Positions 17,588-29,906 of a DNA stretch of 64,000 nt are shown one piece after another. The notes below the pieces were generated by a model. The model was not told where the DNA came from. It worked only from the letters and a program-made list of their open reading frames with translations, and searched no databases. Source of the DNA: Phycisphaerae bacterium (lineage in GTDB: Bacteria > Planctomycetota > Phycisphaerae > Phycisphaerales > UBA1924). Each line of letters begins with the position of its first letter. Within the stretch, counting starts at the first letter, position 1. The stretch lies in NCBI GenBank assembly GCA_030429485.1, contig JAUIFD010000002.1:130-64129 (forward strand), in the 5' to 3' direction. Position numbers and translations under genes: made by a program.

Positions 17588-19759
17588 CTATCGAGTCCAG
17601 GTGTTGTTCGATCGATCCTGATCCGGGTACGCCTCGTCGGGGTCGAGCACAACGGACTGCACCTGCTTGCCCTCCGGGTTCCATCCGGTGGTCCAGGCGT
17701 TGGTGGTCGACCAGGCCTGCACGGGCAGTCGGCGGCGATCGGTCGAGCCGTCGGCGTACGTGACCGCGTAGTCCACGGGCATGACCATGTCGCTCCTGTT
17801 CTCCAGTGAGAGGCGGACCCATGAGCCGTCGGGTGCTTCGTCGACGCCGGCGATCGCCTGGTCGAGCGTGGCGGTGGTGAGGAACCACCCGCGCCAGAAC
17901 CAGGCGAGGTCCATGCCCGAAGCGTCTTCCATCGTGCGGAAGAAGTCCGCCGGGCGCGGGCTCTTGAACGCCCAGCGTCGGACGTACTCGCGGAAGGCGA
18001 AGTCGAAGCGCTCCGGCCCGAGGATCGACTCGCGGAGGATGTAGAGCCCGACGCCGGGCTTGCCGTACCCAAGGAAGCCGAGCCGCCCCTGCCAGATGTG
18101 ATCGGTCGGGGTCATGATGGGCTGCTGCTGGCCTTGGGTCATGGAGTCGGCGGTGCCGGTGATGGATCGCGAGCCGCGAAACTCGCCGGGCTCGTTAAAG
18201 AACGCGCGATTGGAGTAGATGTTGATGAACGTGTTGAAGCCCTCGTCCATCCAGACGTGACGGCGTTCGTCGGTGTTGACGAGCATCGGGAACCACTGAT
18301 GTCCAAACTCGTGGTCGGTAACGCCGAAGAGCCCGCGCTCGTTGCGTCGCCCGCGGCAGAAGACGATGGAGGGATACTCCATGCCGCCGACGATGCCGTT
18401 GACGTTGGTCGCCGCGGGGTAGGGGTACGGATAGAGCAGGTCGGAGTAGAAGCGGATCGTGTGTCGCGTCATCTGCACGTTGTCCGCCCACAGGGGAAGG
18501 CCCTCCTTGGGATAGACCGATTGGCAGAGCACGCGCGCAGGACCTTCCGCACGCTCGACTGTGACGCCCGCGGCGTCCCAGATGAACGACTCCGACGATG
18601 CCCACGCCACCGTGCGCACGTCTTCAGCCCGGAAGCGCCACGTGAGCGCCTCGGCGCCCTGCGGACGCGACGCCGGGTCGGCGACCTCTTCGGCGGAGCG
18701 GATGGTGACGGTCTCATCGGATTCGAGCGCCGTCGCAAAGGCCGCGGCCTGCGCCGGCGTAAGCACGTCTCCGGGGTTCACCAGGCGTCCGCTCGCGACG
18801 ACGATGTGGTCGCGCGGCGCGGTGATGTTGAGATCGAAGTTCCCGAAGTTGGTGTAGAACTCGCCCGTGCCGAGGTAGGGCAACGTGTTCCATCCGTAGA
18901 CGTCGTCGTAGACCGCGACAGCCGGAAACCACTGCGCAAGCTCGAAAACGACGCCTTGCTCGACGTCCTCCGTGCCCATGCGATCGGCGCCATAGGGCGC
19001 GATGTTGAACGACCACCCGACGTCAAACTCGAACGTCTGGCCTGGTTCGAGCGGGGCGGGCAGGTTGAGACGTCCCATGGTGTCGTAGGTCGCGAGGTTG
19101 AGATCGCGTCCGTCGCGCGAGGCGGAGCACCGGGTGATGCGGTATCCGCCCTCGAAGCCCTCGCGGAAGCCGAATCGCGAGCCGCGCACGCCGGAGAGCG
19201 CGCCGTCGGAGCCCTCCTTGAACAGGTTCTGCTCGAGGTGGAGCCAGATGTAGGTGAGGGTGTCGGGCGAGTTGTTGTGATAGGTGACGTGCGCGAGCCC
19301 GGTGACGCGCCGGGCCTCGTCGTCGAGGGTGGCGTCGATCCGGTAGTCCACACGCTGCTGCCAGTAGTCGGGCCCGGGCGCTCCGGAGCCCGTGCGGACG
19401 GAGTTGGCCGCGGGCAGGTCGAGCGGGTCGAACATGCCCTGCCCGATTGGGGCGGGCGCCCGGAAGCCAGCGTCGGAGGTGGGGCCGGCCATCGGAAGGT
19501 CGTCGTTCTGACCCGAAGGCGGCGGAGCCTGCTGCGGCGGGGGGGCAGGAGACGCCGCGCTGGCCGTGGCGGGAGGCCTGCTCGTGGTGGGTGCGACGAC
19601 GCCCAGGTCGGCCATCTCGGTAGGGGAACGGTTGGGTCGGGCCGGCGCAGCTGAGGTGGACTCGGCAGCCTGAGCGGTTGGCTGATCGGGGTGACGCTCG
19701 TTCGTGTTCTGGCAGGAAGCCATCCCGAGGCCGATGAACAGGGCGATCGCGATTCGCAT
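17588..19759 (-). CDS. M1-family (aminopeptidase N-like) zinc metallopeptidase, probable lipoprotein
   Basis: HEFGHQWFPMLVNTDERRHVWMDEG is HEXXH-X18-E, the gluzincin M1 motif. The N-terminus MRIAIALFIGLGMASCQ has a lipobox-like LGMASC. ATG 19759 is preceded by AGGAG. Confidence 0.9.
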   Translation of the reverse strand: MRIAIALFIGLGMASCQNTNERHPDQPTAQAAESTSAAPARPNRSPTEMADLGVVAPTTSRPPATASAASPAPPPQQAPPPSGQNDDLPMAGPTSDAGFRAPAPIGQGMFDPLDLPAANSVRTGSGAPGPDYWQQRVDYRIDATLDDEARRVTGLAHVTYHNNSPDTLTYIWLHLEQNLFKEGSDGALSGVRGSRFGFREGFEGGYRITRCSASRDGRDLNLATYDTMGRLNLPAPLEPGQTFEFDVGWSFNIAPYGADRMGTEDVEQGVVFELAQWFPAVAVYDDVYGWNTLPYLGTGEFYTNFGNFDLNITAPRDHIVVASGRLVNPGDVLTPAQAAAFATALESDETVTIRSAEEVADPASRPQGAEALTWRFRAEDVRTVAWASSESFIWDAAGVTVERAEGPARVLCQSVYPKEGLPLWADNVQMTRHTIRFYSDLLYPYPYPAATNVNGIVGGMEYPSIVFCRGRRNERGLFGVTDHEFGHQWFPMLVNTDERRHVWMDEGFNTFINIYSNRAFFNEPGEFRGSRSITGTADSMTQGQQQPIMTPTDHIWQGRLGFLGYGKPGVGLYILRESILGPERFDFAFREYVRRWAFKSPRPADFFRTMEDASGMDLAWFWRGWFLTTATLDQAIAGVDEAPDGSWVRLSLENRSDMVMPVDYAVTYADGSTDRRRLPVQAWSTTNAWTTGWNPEGKQVQSVVLDPDEAYPDQDRSNNTWTR

Positions 19760-19863
19760 ACGTAGCTCCTGGGTGAGCGGCACACGGTACCGCCAGCTCG
19801 GCCCGCGCGGGTGGACTTGGGCGGATGGGAGGGCTTTGATAGCAGCCCAACGAAGGAGCGTTC

Positions 19864-20064
19864 ATGGCGATTCGGATCAAAGCTCGCGGCGGCGAAGGCG
19901 TGGATCAGATGATGAAGCGCTTCAAGAAGCTCTGCGAGAAGGAAGGGCTCACCAAGGACATCAAGCGCAAGGAGTTCTACGAGAAGCCCTCCGAGCGCCG
20001 GCGTCGCGCAGCCCGCAAGAGCCTCAACCGCCGACTTCGGGCTGAGGGCTCCTTCGGACGCTGA
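19864..20064 (+). CDS. rpsU: 30S ribosomal protein S21
   Basis: MAIRIKARGGEGVDQMMKRFKKLCEKEGLTKDIKRKEFYEKPSERRRR is canonical S21. Length 66 aa. Confidence 0.95.
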   Translation: MAIRIKARGGEGVDQMMKRFKKLCEKEGLTKDIKRKEFYEKPSERRRRAARKSLNRRLRAEGSFGR

Positions 20065-20077
20065 ATCGACCGTTTCG

Positions 20078-20108
20078 CAGGCCCGCCCTTCGCGGGCCTG
20101 TTTCGTCT
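20078..20108 (+). terminator. intrinsic terminator-like hairpin after rpsU
   Basis: caggcccgc(20078-20086) / loop ccttc / gcgggcctg(20092-20100): a perfect 9-bp GC-rich stem followed by tttcgtct. Confidence 0.6.
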
Positions 20109-20163
20109 ATGCTTGTCCCCTTGTCTGAACGGGCGGGCGCCGTGGCGCTGCCTGTCGTGATTT

Positions 20164-22932
<2,769 letters not shown>

Positions 22933-22995
22933 TCGACGGGGCGCCACGGAACGCCCGCGACGCGGTAGGCTCCTCGCAGCAGGAGCACCACCGCG

Positions 22996-23616
22996 ATGAC
23001 GACGCTGCCGCCCCCCATCGAGGGTCTGTCCCCGTCTGCGCCGCGATCAAAGTGGCCCACCATCGTCGGTGTGCTCGCGATCATCTTCGGGAGCTACGGC
23101 ATCTTGGAGCACCTGTGCGGGCTCGGGACCGTGCTCGCGATCGGGCCGCTCGTGGACTGGATCGCCGGCTTCGCGCCGCCCGAAGACGCGTCGCACCTCG
23201 CCGCGTTCAGGCAGGCGACGACGCAGTACGCGATCCCGACGGTCTTGCTTAACGCGTTTCTGCTCGCCAACGCGGTGCTGCTGCTCGTCGCGGGGATCGG
23301 GTGCGCGCGGCGCCAGGGCGCGGTGCGTCCGAAGATGCTGCTCTATGCGGCAGTCGAGGTGTTCCTGTCGGTCGTGAGTGCCGTCCTGGCGTTCCAGGTC
23401 GCCGAGACGGTGGCCGATGTGATGCGAGAGGTCGATGGAGCCGGCGGGGTGCCCGCCCAGTTCAGCACGGCGATCAATGCGGGCGAAGCGGTCATGGGGC
23501 TGCTCTTTGCCGCGATCTGGCCGGTGTTCCTGCTCGTCTGGTTCACCCGCCGCTCGGTCGTTGAGGAAGTCGGCGCATGGGCGGCTGTGCCCCGCGACCC
23601 ATGGGATCGGGGTTGA
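22996..23616 (+). CDS. hypothetical 4-TM membrane protein (paralog A)
   Basis: WPTIVGVLAIIFGSYGILEHL..., ANAVLLLVAGIGCARRQ and AIWPVFLLVWFTRRSVVEEV are shared almost verbatim with the next gene. Confidence 0.6.
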   Translation: MTTLPPPIEGLSPSAPRSKWPTIVGVLAIIFGSYGILEHLCGLGTVLAIGPLVDWIAGFAPPEDASHLAAFRQATTQYAIPTVLLNAFLLANAVLLLVAGIGCARRQGAVRPKMLLYAAVEVFLSVVSAVLAFQVAETVADVMREVDGAGGVPAQFSTAINAGEAVMGLLFAAIWPVFLLVWFTRRSVVEEVGAWAAVPRDPWDRG

Positions 23617-23673
23617 GAAACTCACCGGCTGTGTCTTCAAAGAACAGAGGTACGCTCGACGCGGAGCACACGC

Positions 23674-24357
23674 ATGGATGATCAAGGCACCCCGCACGCA
23701 CCGCCCAACCCAGCTCCGCCCCCGGGCGCCCCGCCGACCGTCCCGGGTCCGATCCGGCGGGCCCGATCGCAGTGGCCAAACGTGGTCGGCGTGCTCGCGA
23801 TCATCTTCGGCTCGCTCGGGATGCTCATGCATGGGTGCGGAACCGCGGGGCTCTACCTCAACCTCTTCACCTCGCAGGCGATGGAGCAGCTGGCGACCGA
23901 CATACCTCCCGAGCAGAGTGACATCCTGACGGTGCAGCACGACGTCGCACTGAAGTACATCGCACCCGCAACGATCGCCAACGTGCTGCGCTTCGCCAAC
24001 GCCGTGTTCCTGCTCATCGCGGGCATTGCCTGCAACCGGCGCCAACCGGGCACGCGTCGCCTGCTACTCATCTACGCCATCGCCGAGATGGTCGTCATGA
24101 CCGTCGCGATCGGCATCGAGTGGGCGATGCAGCAGGAGATCATGTCGGCGTTGGCGAAGAGCTTGCAAGCCCAACAGTCCGGCGGTATCCCGCCTGGCAT
24201 GATGGGCGTCATGGGTGCGTTCGGCAGCATCGGCGTCATCATCAAGCTCCTGTTCTGTGCCGTATGGCCGGTCTTCCTGATCATCTGGTTCAACCGCGCC
24301 GCGGTGGTGAAGGAGATCGCGACGTGGAGACCGGCGCGTACGCTCACGGAGATGTAG
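23674..24357 (+). CDS. hypothetical 4-TM membrane protein (paralog B) with a Pro-rich N-terminus
   Basis: WPNVVGVLAIIFGSLGMLMHG..., ANAVFLLIAGIACNRRQ and AVWPVFLIIWFNRAAVVKEI make it a tandem paralog of 22996..23616. Confidence 0.6.
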   Translation: MDDQGTPHAPPNPAPPPGAPPTVPGPIRRARSQWPNVVGVLAIIFGSLGMLMHGCGTAGLYLNLFTSQAMEQLATDIPPEQSDILTVQHDVALKYIAPATIANVLRFANAVFLLIAGIACNRRQPGTRRLLLIYAIAEMVVMTVAIGIEWAMQQEIMSALAKSLQAQQSGGIPPGMMGVMGAFGSIGVIIKLLFCAVWPVFLIIWFNRAAVVKEIATWRPARTLTEM

Positions 24358-24364
24358 CTCACGC

Positions 24365-25825
24365 ATGCGCTGTACGAAGTGCAACTACGCCCTCTGGAAC
24401 ACGCCGGCCGGACCCTGCCCGGAATGCGGCGAGCCGTTCAAGCCCTCCGACTTCCGATTCCGCCAGAACGCCATCGCGTTCAGGTGTCCGTCGTGTCAGC
24501 AGGATTACTACGGCACCGACGCAAAGGGACACCTCGCCCCCGCTGAGTTCGACTGCGTCACGTGTGGTCGGCGCCTCACGATGGATGAGATGCTCATCCT
24601 GCCCACCGAAGGCGTGGACGAGCGAAAGACGGGGCAAGAGGCCAACGCGTGGGTCGCGGACGACGGCGTCTCGCGTCGATGGCGATTCCCACGCACGATC
24701 ATGCAGGGCGCGTTCTCGCCGCACATCGTCGTCGAGCGGACGCCCGAGACCAGCGGGATCTGGCCCGCCCTGAGCTTCGTCTTTCTCGTCCTTGCGTGCA
24801 TGGCGGTGCTCGGGCTGCTTCCGTTCCTATTCATCATGGTCATGCCCTTCCTGACCGGCGGCGGTGGGGGGGTTCGCGCGGCGGCCTCGATCGTCGGGGT
24901 CGTGCTCGCGCTGTTCACCGTGCCCGCGCTCCTGTTCATCGTCTGGGTGCTGACCACTCACCTTTGGCTCGTCGTGGGCGCATCAGAGAGGCCCAAGTTC
25001 CGTCGCACCGTGCAGTCGATGTCGTACACGTCGGGGCCGGTGATGCTCATCGGTGTGCCGTGCATCGGGCCCTACCTGCTCTGGCTCGCGGCGATCCCGT
25101 GGTGGATCACCACCGCGATCATCGGCCTCCGCGTCGGCACGCGCGCCCCCATCTGGAGGTGCGTCGTCGGGGGGCTCTTCTTTCCCGCGGTGGTCGCGAT
25201 CGCACTCATCGGTGGGTACATCGGGTTGCTCTCGTTCTTGTTCTCATCGACGGGGCCGATCGCGATGGCGACCGCCAACACCAACGGCGCCGCGGGCGTC
25301 TTGGCGTTTGACGCGGCGATCGGTGTTCGCTCCGGAGCGCTCCCGCCCGCGCACGCGGCGGAGTTGATGATCGGCGCCACGATCGACCCCGGGGCATTTG
25401 CGATCCGTGGCTCCAACACCAACCCGTTTACGCTACAGATCGCCAACACCGATGCGCTTGCGTTCTCAATGATGACCGCGGGCGAACAGGCCGGCGTGGT
25501 GCAGGCCGCGATCGACGCGATGCCGGAGGGGACGATCGCGCACCGCTTCGGCGACTTCGTGTTCGTGACCGATGCGGCGCCGCCGGGAAGCGACCCGAGC
25601 CAGGTCGCGTCGCTCTGGCGGGTGATCGGGGCGCTCGATCCAGAACTAAACCCTGGTGGGTGGTCGGTGATCTGGATCAGCACCCCGACCGGGACGGTGA
25701 GCTACGACCAGACCACCTTCGACGCGGCGCTCGCGCTGCAAAACCGCATCCGCGCGAGCCTCAACATGCCGCCTCTCCCGCACCCCGATGACATTACCCA
25801 CGACTCGCCCGCGGTGGCGGACTAA
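24365..25825 (+). CDS. hypothetical protein: double zinc-ribbon N-terminus, about 6 TM helices, C-terminal soluble domain
   Basis: CTKCNYALWNTPAGPCPECG and CPSCQQDYYG...CVTCG are two CxxC...CxxC pairs. Hydrophobic segments follow (ALSFVFLVLACMAVLGLLPFLFIMV ...), then about 170 aa of non-membrane tail. It starts 7 nt after the previous gene. Confidence 0.6.
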   Translation: MRCTKCNYALWNTPAGPCPECGEPFKPSDFRFRQNAIAFRCPSCQQDYYGTDAKGHLAPAEFDCVTCGRRLTMDEMLILPTEGVDERKTGQEANAWVADDGVSRRWRFPRTIMQGAFSPHIVVERTPETSGIWPALSFVFLVLACMAVLGLLPFLFIMVMPFLTGGGGGVRAAASIVGVVLALFTVPALLFIVWVLTTHLWLVVGASERPKFRRTVQSMSYTSGPVMLIGVPCIGPYLLWLAAIPWWITTAIIGLRVGTRAPIWRCVVGGLFFPAVVAIALIGGYIGLLSFLFSSTGPIAMATANTNGAAGVLAFDAAIGVRSGALPPAHAAELMIGATIDPGAFAIRGSNTNPFTLQIANTDALAFSMMTAGEQAGVVQAAIDAMPEGTIAHRFGDFVFVTDAAPPGSDPSQVASLWRVIGALDPELNPGGWSVIWISTPTGTVSYDQTTFDAALALQNRIRASLNMPPLPHPDDITHDSPAVAD

Positions 25826-25860
25826 CCGGAGCGGCTGGCGAGAGATGGGTTGCGGGTCAC

Positions 25861-27438
25861 TCAGGGCGTGAGCGTCACCGCGTAGTCGTAGGGCCGGAGA
25901 TCGACCTCGCCAACCACCGGGAGGTCGGCACGCACCGCCTCGCCCGTCAGGTTGATCGCAACCACCGCTTGCGATTCGCCGAGCGCGCGCGTGAACGCCC
26001 AGACCCCCGGATGCGCGACTTCGATCGCGGTGTAATCGCCGCGCCGCAACACCGCGTGTGTACGCCGAAGCTCGATCAACTCGCGGTAGGCCTCGAGGAG
26101 CGAGCCTTCGCTTCCGGCCTGCTCCTCTACCGATCGCCCGTCGTGATCACGGCTTGCGCGAGAAGCCTTCACCCGTGCACTCAGCGCCCAGTAGTCGCTC
26201 ATCGGAGGCCCGTCCTCCGCCCGCCACTTGAACGGCTCTCGCCGTGGGATGTCGTTGGCGTCGGAGCCGACGGACGCCTGCCGTCCCAACATCCCGATCT
26301 CGTCGCCCATGTAGATGACCGGCGGGAACGGCTGGAGCATGAGCATCGCCGCCGCAGCCCGCGCCTTCCGGAGCGTCTCCGTCGTTGTTGCGCCGATCTC
26401 GGAGGCGAGGCGGTCGACGTCGTGGTTGCCGATCGTGCAGAGGTAGGTCCCGCCCTCGGCCTGCGCCAGGGACTCAATCGTCCTCGCCGTTTCCCGATAG
26501 AGCGGCGCCGCCCGCTCGCTCTTGAGCGCCTCACGAGCCGCAAACTCGAACGGCTTGGTGAACGCCGCGTCGAACGCAACGAGCAGGTCTTCGCCGTGCG
26601 TTTCCCAGCGCGCCTGTTCAGCAAACGTGATCACCCGCGGGTTCACCGCGCGCAGCGCCGCGCGCCACTCACGCCAAAAGGGATCGATGTGATACCCCCA
26701 CCCCTCCGCCAACGCAGGACTCCCGGGCGCGAAGAGCGAGCCCTGCCCGCCCTCGTCGCGCGTCGGGTAGCGCACCCAAACGTGATCGAGCCTGTACCCG
26801 TCGATGCCGTCGGAGGGGTCGCCGTCGCCATCGGGATCAAGCCACTTGCGACCACACGACGCGACCTCGGCGCGCACGTCCGGGTTGCGCAGGTCGAGGT
26901 GCGCGAAGCCGACACGCTCGCCGCTCCACGTGCGGAAGCTGTACCCGGTGACGCGCGTGTTCTCGTCATTCTCGAACGCGAACCAGTTGTCGTACGCGGA
27001 ATCCGGGTTGTCGAACGCGTCTTGGAAGCGAGGATCGGTGCGCGAGATCCCGTAGGCGACCATATCGACAAACACCTTGATCTCGCGCTCGTGCGCCGCC
27101 CGAACGAACCCGAGAAACGCCTCGTCGCCGCCGAGCTTGTCGTCGATGCGCGTCGCCGCCTCGTGCTGATACCCGTGGTACGCCGCCGAGGGAAACGGCG
27201 GGTTGATCCACACCGCGGTGATCCCGAGCCCTTCGAGATACGGCAGCGCTTCGGTCAGCCCCGCGAAATCGCCGAACGCGTGCGGATCCTCGGGGGAACG
27301 CGCCGCCCAGTCGGGGTTGTCCGAGTCGCGGTACGCGATCGGCATGACGTGGTAGAACACCTCGTCACGCAGGTCGCGATCACGCCAATCCGGTTGTGCA
27401 GTCAATGCGATGGCCCATGATGCGAGGATCGGGAGCAT
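25861..27438 (-). CDS. alpha-amylase family glycoside hydrolase (GH13)
   Basis: GH13 conserved regions are present: GITAVWINPPF..HGY, GIDGYRLDHV, ITFAEQ and GNHDVDR. Confidence 0.9.
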   Translation of the reverse strand: MLPILASWAIALTAQPDWRDRDLRDEVFYHVMPIAYRDSDNPDWAARSPEDPHAFGDFAGLTEALPYLEGLGITAVWINPPFPSAAYHGYQHEAATRIDDKLGGDEAFLGFVRAAHEREIKVFVDMVAYGISRTDPRFQDAFDNPDSAYDNWFAFENDENTRVTGYSFRTWSGERVGFAHLDLRNPDVRAEVASCGRKWLDPDGDGDPSDGIDGYRLDHVWVRYPTRDEGGQGSLFAPGSPALAEGWGYHIDPFWREWRAALRAVNPRVITFAEQARWETHGEDLLVAFDAAFTKPFEFAAREALKSERAAPLYRETARTIESLAQAEGGTYLCTIGNHDVDRLASEIGATTTETLRKARAAAAMLMLQPFPPVIYMGDEIGMLGRQASVGSDANDIPRREPFKWRAEDGPPMSDYWALSARVKASRASRDHDGRSVEEQAGSEGSLLEAYRELIELRRTHAVLRRGDYTAIEVAHPGVWAFTRALGESQAVVAINLTGEAVRADLPVVGEVDLRPYDYAVTLTP

Positions 27439-27456
27439 GAGCCAACGGTAGCCCGA

Positions 27457-27621
27457 TCAGCACCCCGCCTGATACGCCGCGAGATACGCGAAGAAATCGT
27501 TGGTGTTGATCCCGCCGCCGGGCTCGAAGTCAGCCCGCGAGTCCTGCGCGTCGTAGTACGCGAGGAACTGGAAGAAGTCGTTGGTGTTGATGTCGCCCTC
27601 GCCGGTGAGGTCCGCCGGGCA
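27457..27621 (-). repeat. dockerin-like module coding repeat, copy 2 of 7
   Basis: See 16457..16621. Positions 27547-27616 match 29832-29901 with 2 mismatches in 70 nt. Confidence 0.85.
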
Positions 27622-28740
27622 GTCCGGGCACGCGCACACGCCGCGCGGGTTCGCGAGCGCCGCCTGGAATCCCGAGTGGACGATAGCGGTGCCCTGGTTG
27701 GCCCCGCCGCCGTTGGTGCATCCGGCGTGCGTGTGGACGCCGAGCGCGAGCCCGGTCGCTTCCTGAATGACCGGTGATCCGGAGTTGCCGCTCGTGGTGT
27801 CGGTGCGGTACCGCACGGTCGTGCCGCTGCTGCCCCGCTCGGGACCGCTGTGCGTTTTCTGCGCGCGGTAGTACGTCGGATCGACCGGCGAGCTGGTGAT
27901 GCCGTGCCCGGTGATGCGGATCGTCTCGCCCGGCGTCGGGAGCGACGACGCAAGAGAGAAGGTCGCGCCCTGCGCGTCCGCGGGATGGAGCCCGGTGTTG
28001 GAGTTGGGGAACACGCCAAAGTAGCAGTAGTCGTTGCCGACGCCCCCGTTGACGCTCTGCACGCTCGTGAAATCGATGGGGTACTGGTCCTCCGGCGCCG
28101 CCGCGACCGGCGTGCCAGACGGGGTCGAGATCGGCGCATTGAACTCGACGACTGATCCGGAGTTGGGCGCACAGTGCCCAGCGGTGATCAGGCATCGACC
28201 GCAATCGTCGATGAGCCAGACCGTGCACCGCGCGGGCCAGTAGCGGCCGACTCGTGGGTCGGTCGAGAGCTGGCGATCATCGACGACGTCGCAGATCGTC
28301 TCGCCCGGCGCATCGGGCTCGCCCGCCATGAGCGACACGATCTCGACGCTCGCTCGGCCCGCCACGCCCGCGGGGGCGACGAGCTCGACGAACACCGCGT
28401 CGCCATTGAACACCGCCGACTGGTGCTGCCACTGCGCGATGGTCACCCGGTCGAGGCGCTGCTGATGGCCGTCGCGCAGCGAGGTGATGCGGAGTGTCGC
28501 CCGCCCCAGCTGCGTTTCGCCAAAACCCGCGCGGAGCCAGGTCGCACCCTCCGCGCCGACGATGGTCGAGTAGAGAACCTGCTCCTGGTCTCGCGCGTCA
28601 AACGCAATGACCCCGGACGCGTCACCCTCAAGCGCGATGGTGCGGTAGGGGGCCGGGTCCGGCTGGATTTCCTGAGCGCCGACGATCGCGGTGCTTGCAG
28701 CGATCGCGAGGAGCGTGGCGGTGGTGAGGGTGTTGCGCAT
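27457..28740 (-). CDS. secreted trypsin-like (S1) serine peptidase with C-terminal GC-terminated dockerin-like module
   Basis: Signal peptide MRNTLTTATLLAIAASTAIVGAQE. Catalytic His in LITAGHC and catalytic Ser in TTSGNSGSPV. C-terminus CPADLTGEGDINTNDFFQFLAYYDAQDSRADFEPGGGINTNDFFAYLAAYQAGC-stop. AGGAGG lies upstream of ATG 28740. Confidence 0.85.
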   Translation of the reverse strand: MRNTLTTATLLAIAASTAIVGAQEIQPDPAPYRTIALEGDASGVIAFDARDQEQVLYSTIVGAEGATWLRAGFGETQLGRATLRITSLRDGHQQRLDRVTIAQWQHQSAVFNGDAVFVELVAPAGVAGRASVEIVSLMAGEPDAPGETICDVVDDRQLSTDPRVGRYWPARCTVWLIDDCGRCLITAGHCAPNSGSVVEFNAPISTPSGTPVAAAPEDQYPIDFTSVQSVNGGVGNDYCYFGVFPNSNTGLHPADAQGATFSLASSLPTPGETIRITGHGITSSPVDPTYYRAQKTHSGPERGSSGTTVRYRTDTTSGNSGSPVIQEATGLALGVHTHAGCTNGGGANQGTAIVHSGFQAALANPRGVCACPDCPADLTGEGDINTNDFFQFLAYYDAQDSRADFEPGGGINTNDFFAYLAAYQAGC

Positions 28741-28821
28741 TCTGACCTCCTGTGTGCCTGTTCGCTTCAGAGTCTTGGTGGTTGCTCGCTTGCTCGCGTC
28801 CGTCGCCGAGCCGGTGTGGAT

Positions 28822-28986
28822 TCAGCACCCCGCCTGATACGCCGCGAGATACGCGAAGAAGTCGTTCGTGTTGATCCCGCCGCCCGGTGAGAAATCAGCC
28901 CGCGGGTCCTGCGCCTGATAGAACGCGAGGAAAGCGAAGAAATCGTTGGTGTTCACGTCGCCCTCGCCCGTCAGGTCGGCCGGGCA
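28822..28986 (-). repeat. dockerin-like module coding repeat, copy 3 of 7
   Basis: Positions 28824-28909 match 29744-29829 with 1 mismatch in 86 nt. Confidence 0.85.
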
Positions 28987-29721
28987 GTCGTCGCCAGCCA
29001 AGAAGTGCACCGCATTGACCGCCCACTCCGCGTACGACGTGGTGTTGTTGTGGTTGTTCCACGCCACAGCCCGCCCCGCGGGCGCGAGCGTCAGGTCACC
29101 CCGGTCCCAGAGCACCGCGACCGGCGGCCCGTCCAGCGACGCCGACCCAAACGCGATCGGCGTGCCGGTGCCGATCTGATCGAAACCCCCGGTATAGATC
29201 GTCGAGGCGCCGACCGTTGCGATCGTGTTGGGCGTCGTGTTCATGGCCACCGTCGGGTCGAGGTGGATCGTCGTCCCAAGATCGCACGCGGGGCAGCTCG
29301 CCACCGTTCCCGCGCCGAGCGTGTCCGAGAGGAAGGCGTCCTTCCAGTCGTTCAGCGAGTTGAGGTTCGTGCCGCCATTCTCGCCGGAGAGGTAGAGCCC
29401 TCCACCCGCCGCGACGAAGCTTGCCAGATTCGCGCTCGCCGCGGCGCTCGGGATCGTGTTCGTCCCCGCACACCCGGTGTTGTTGGGATCCACGCCGTTG
29501 CGCAGCCAGACCACGTCGAATACCGAGAGGTCGGCGCCGTCGAGATCGCTGACACCGGCGGCCTGCGTGACCGAGATGCCGGCGTTCGTCAGCGTGGGGA
29601 CGATCGGGGGCGCGGTGCAGTACATGTCATCGCCGACGACGAGCACCTCAAGAGTCTGCGCCCGCGTGGCGGACGCCACCACCAACACCGCAAGCGAGAG
29701 AACACTGATATGTGGGCCCAT
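28822..29721 (-). CDS. secreted protein, unknown ~230-aa passenger plus GC-terminated dockerin-like module
   Basis: ATG 29721 is preceded by GGGAGGAGAG. Signal peptide MGPHISVLSLAVLVVASATRAQT. C-terminus CPADLTGEGDVNTNDFFAFLAFYQAQDPRADFSPGGGINTNDFFAYLAAYQAGC-stop. Confidence 0.75.
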   Translation of the reverse strand: MGPHISVLSLAVLVVASATRAQTLEVLVVGDDMYCTAPPIVPTLTNAGISVTQAAGVSDLDGADLSVFDVVWLRNGVDPNNTGCAGTNTIPSAAASANLASFVAAGGGLYLSGENGGTNLNSLNDWKDAFLSDTLGAGTVASCPACDLGTTIHLDPTVAMNTTPNTIATVGASTIYTGGFDQIGTGTPIAFGSASLDGPPVAVLWDRGDLTLAPAGRAVAWNNHNNTTSYAEWAVNAVHFLAGDDCPADLTGEGDVNTNDFFAFLAFYQAQDPRADFSPGGGINTNDFFAYLAAYQAGC

Positions 29722-29741
29722 GTACTCTCCTCCCGTGACGC

Positions 29742-29906
29742 CTAGCACCCCGCCTGATACGCCGCGAGATACGCGAAGAAGTCGTTCGTGTTGATCCCGC
29801 CGCCCGGCGAGAAATCAGCCCGCGGGTCCGCCGCGTCGTAGTACGCGAGGAACTGGAAGAAGTCGTTCGTGTTGACGTCGCCCTCGCCGGTGAGGTCCGC
29901 CTGGCA
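29742..29906 (-). repeat. dockerin-like module coding repeat, copy 4 of 7 (mosaic of copies 3 and 2)
   Basis: The 3' 86 nt are nearly identical to copy 3. The next 70 nt are nearly identical to copy 2. Confidence 0.85.
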
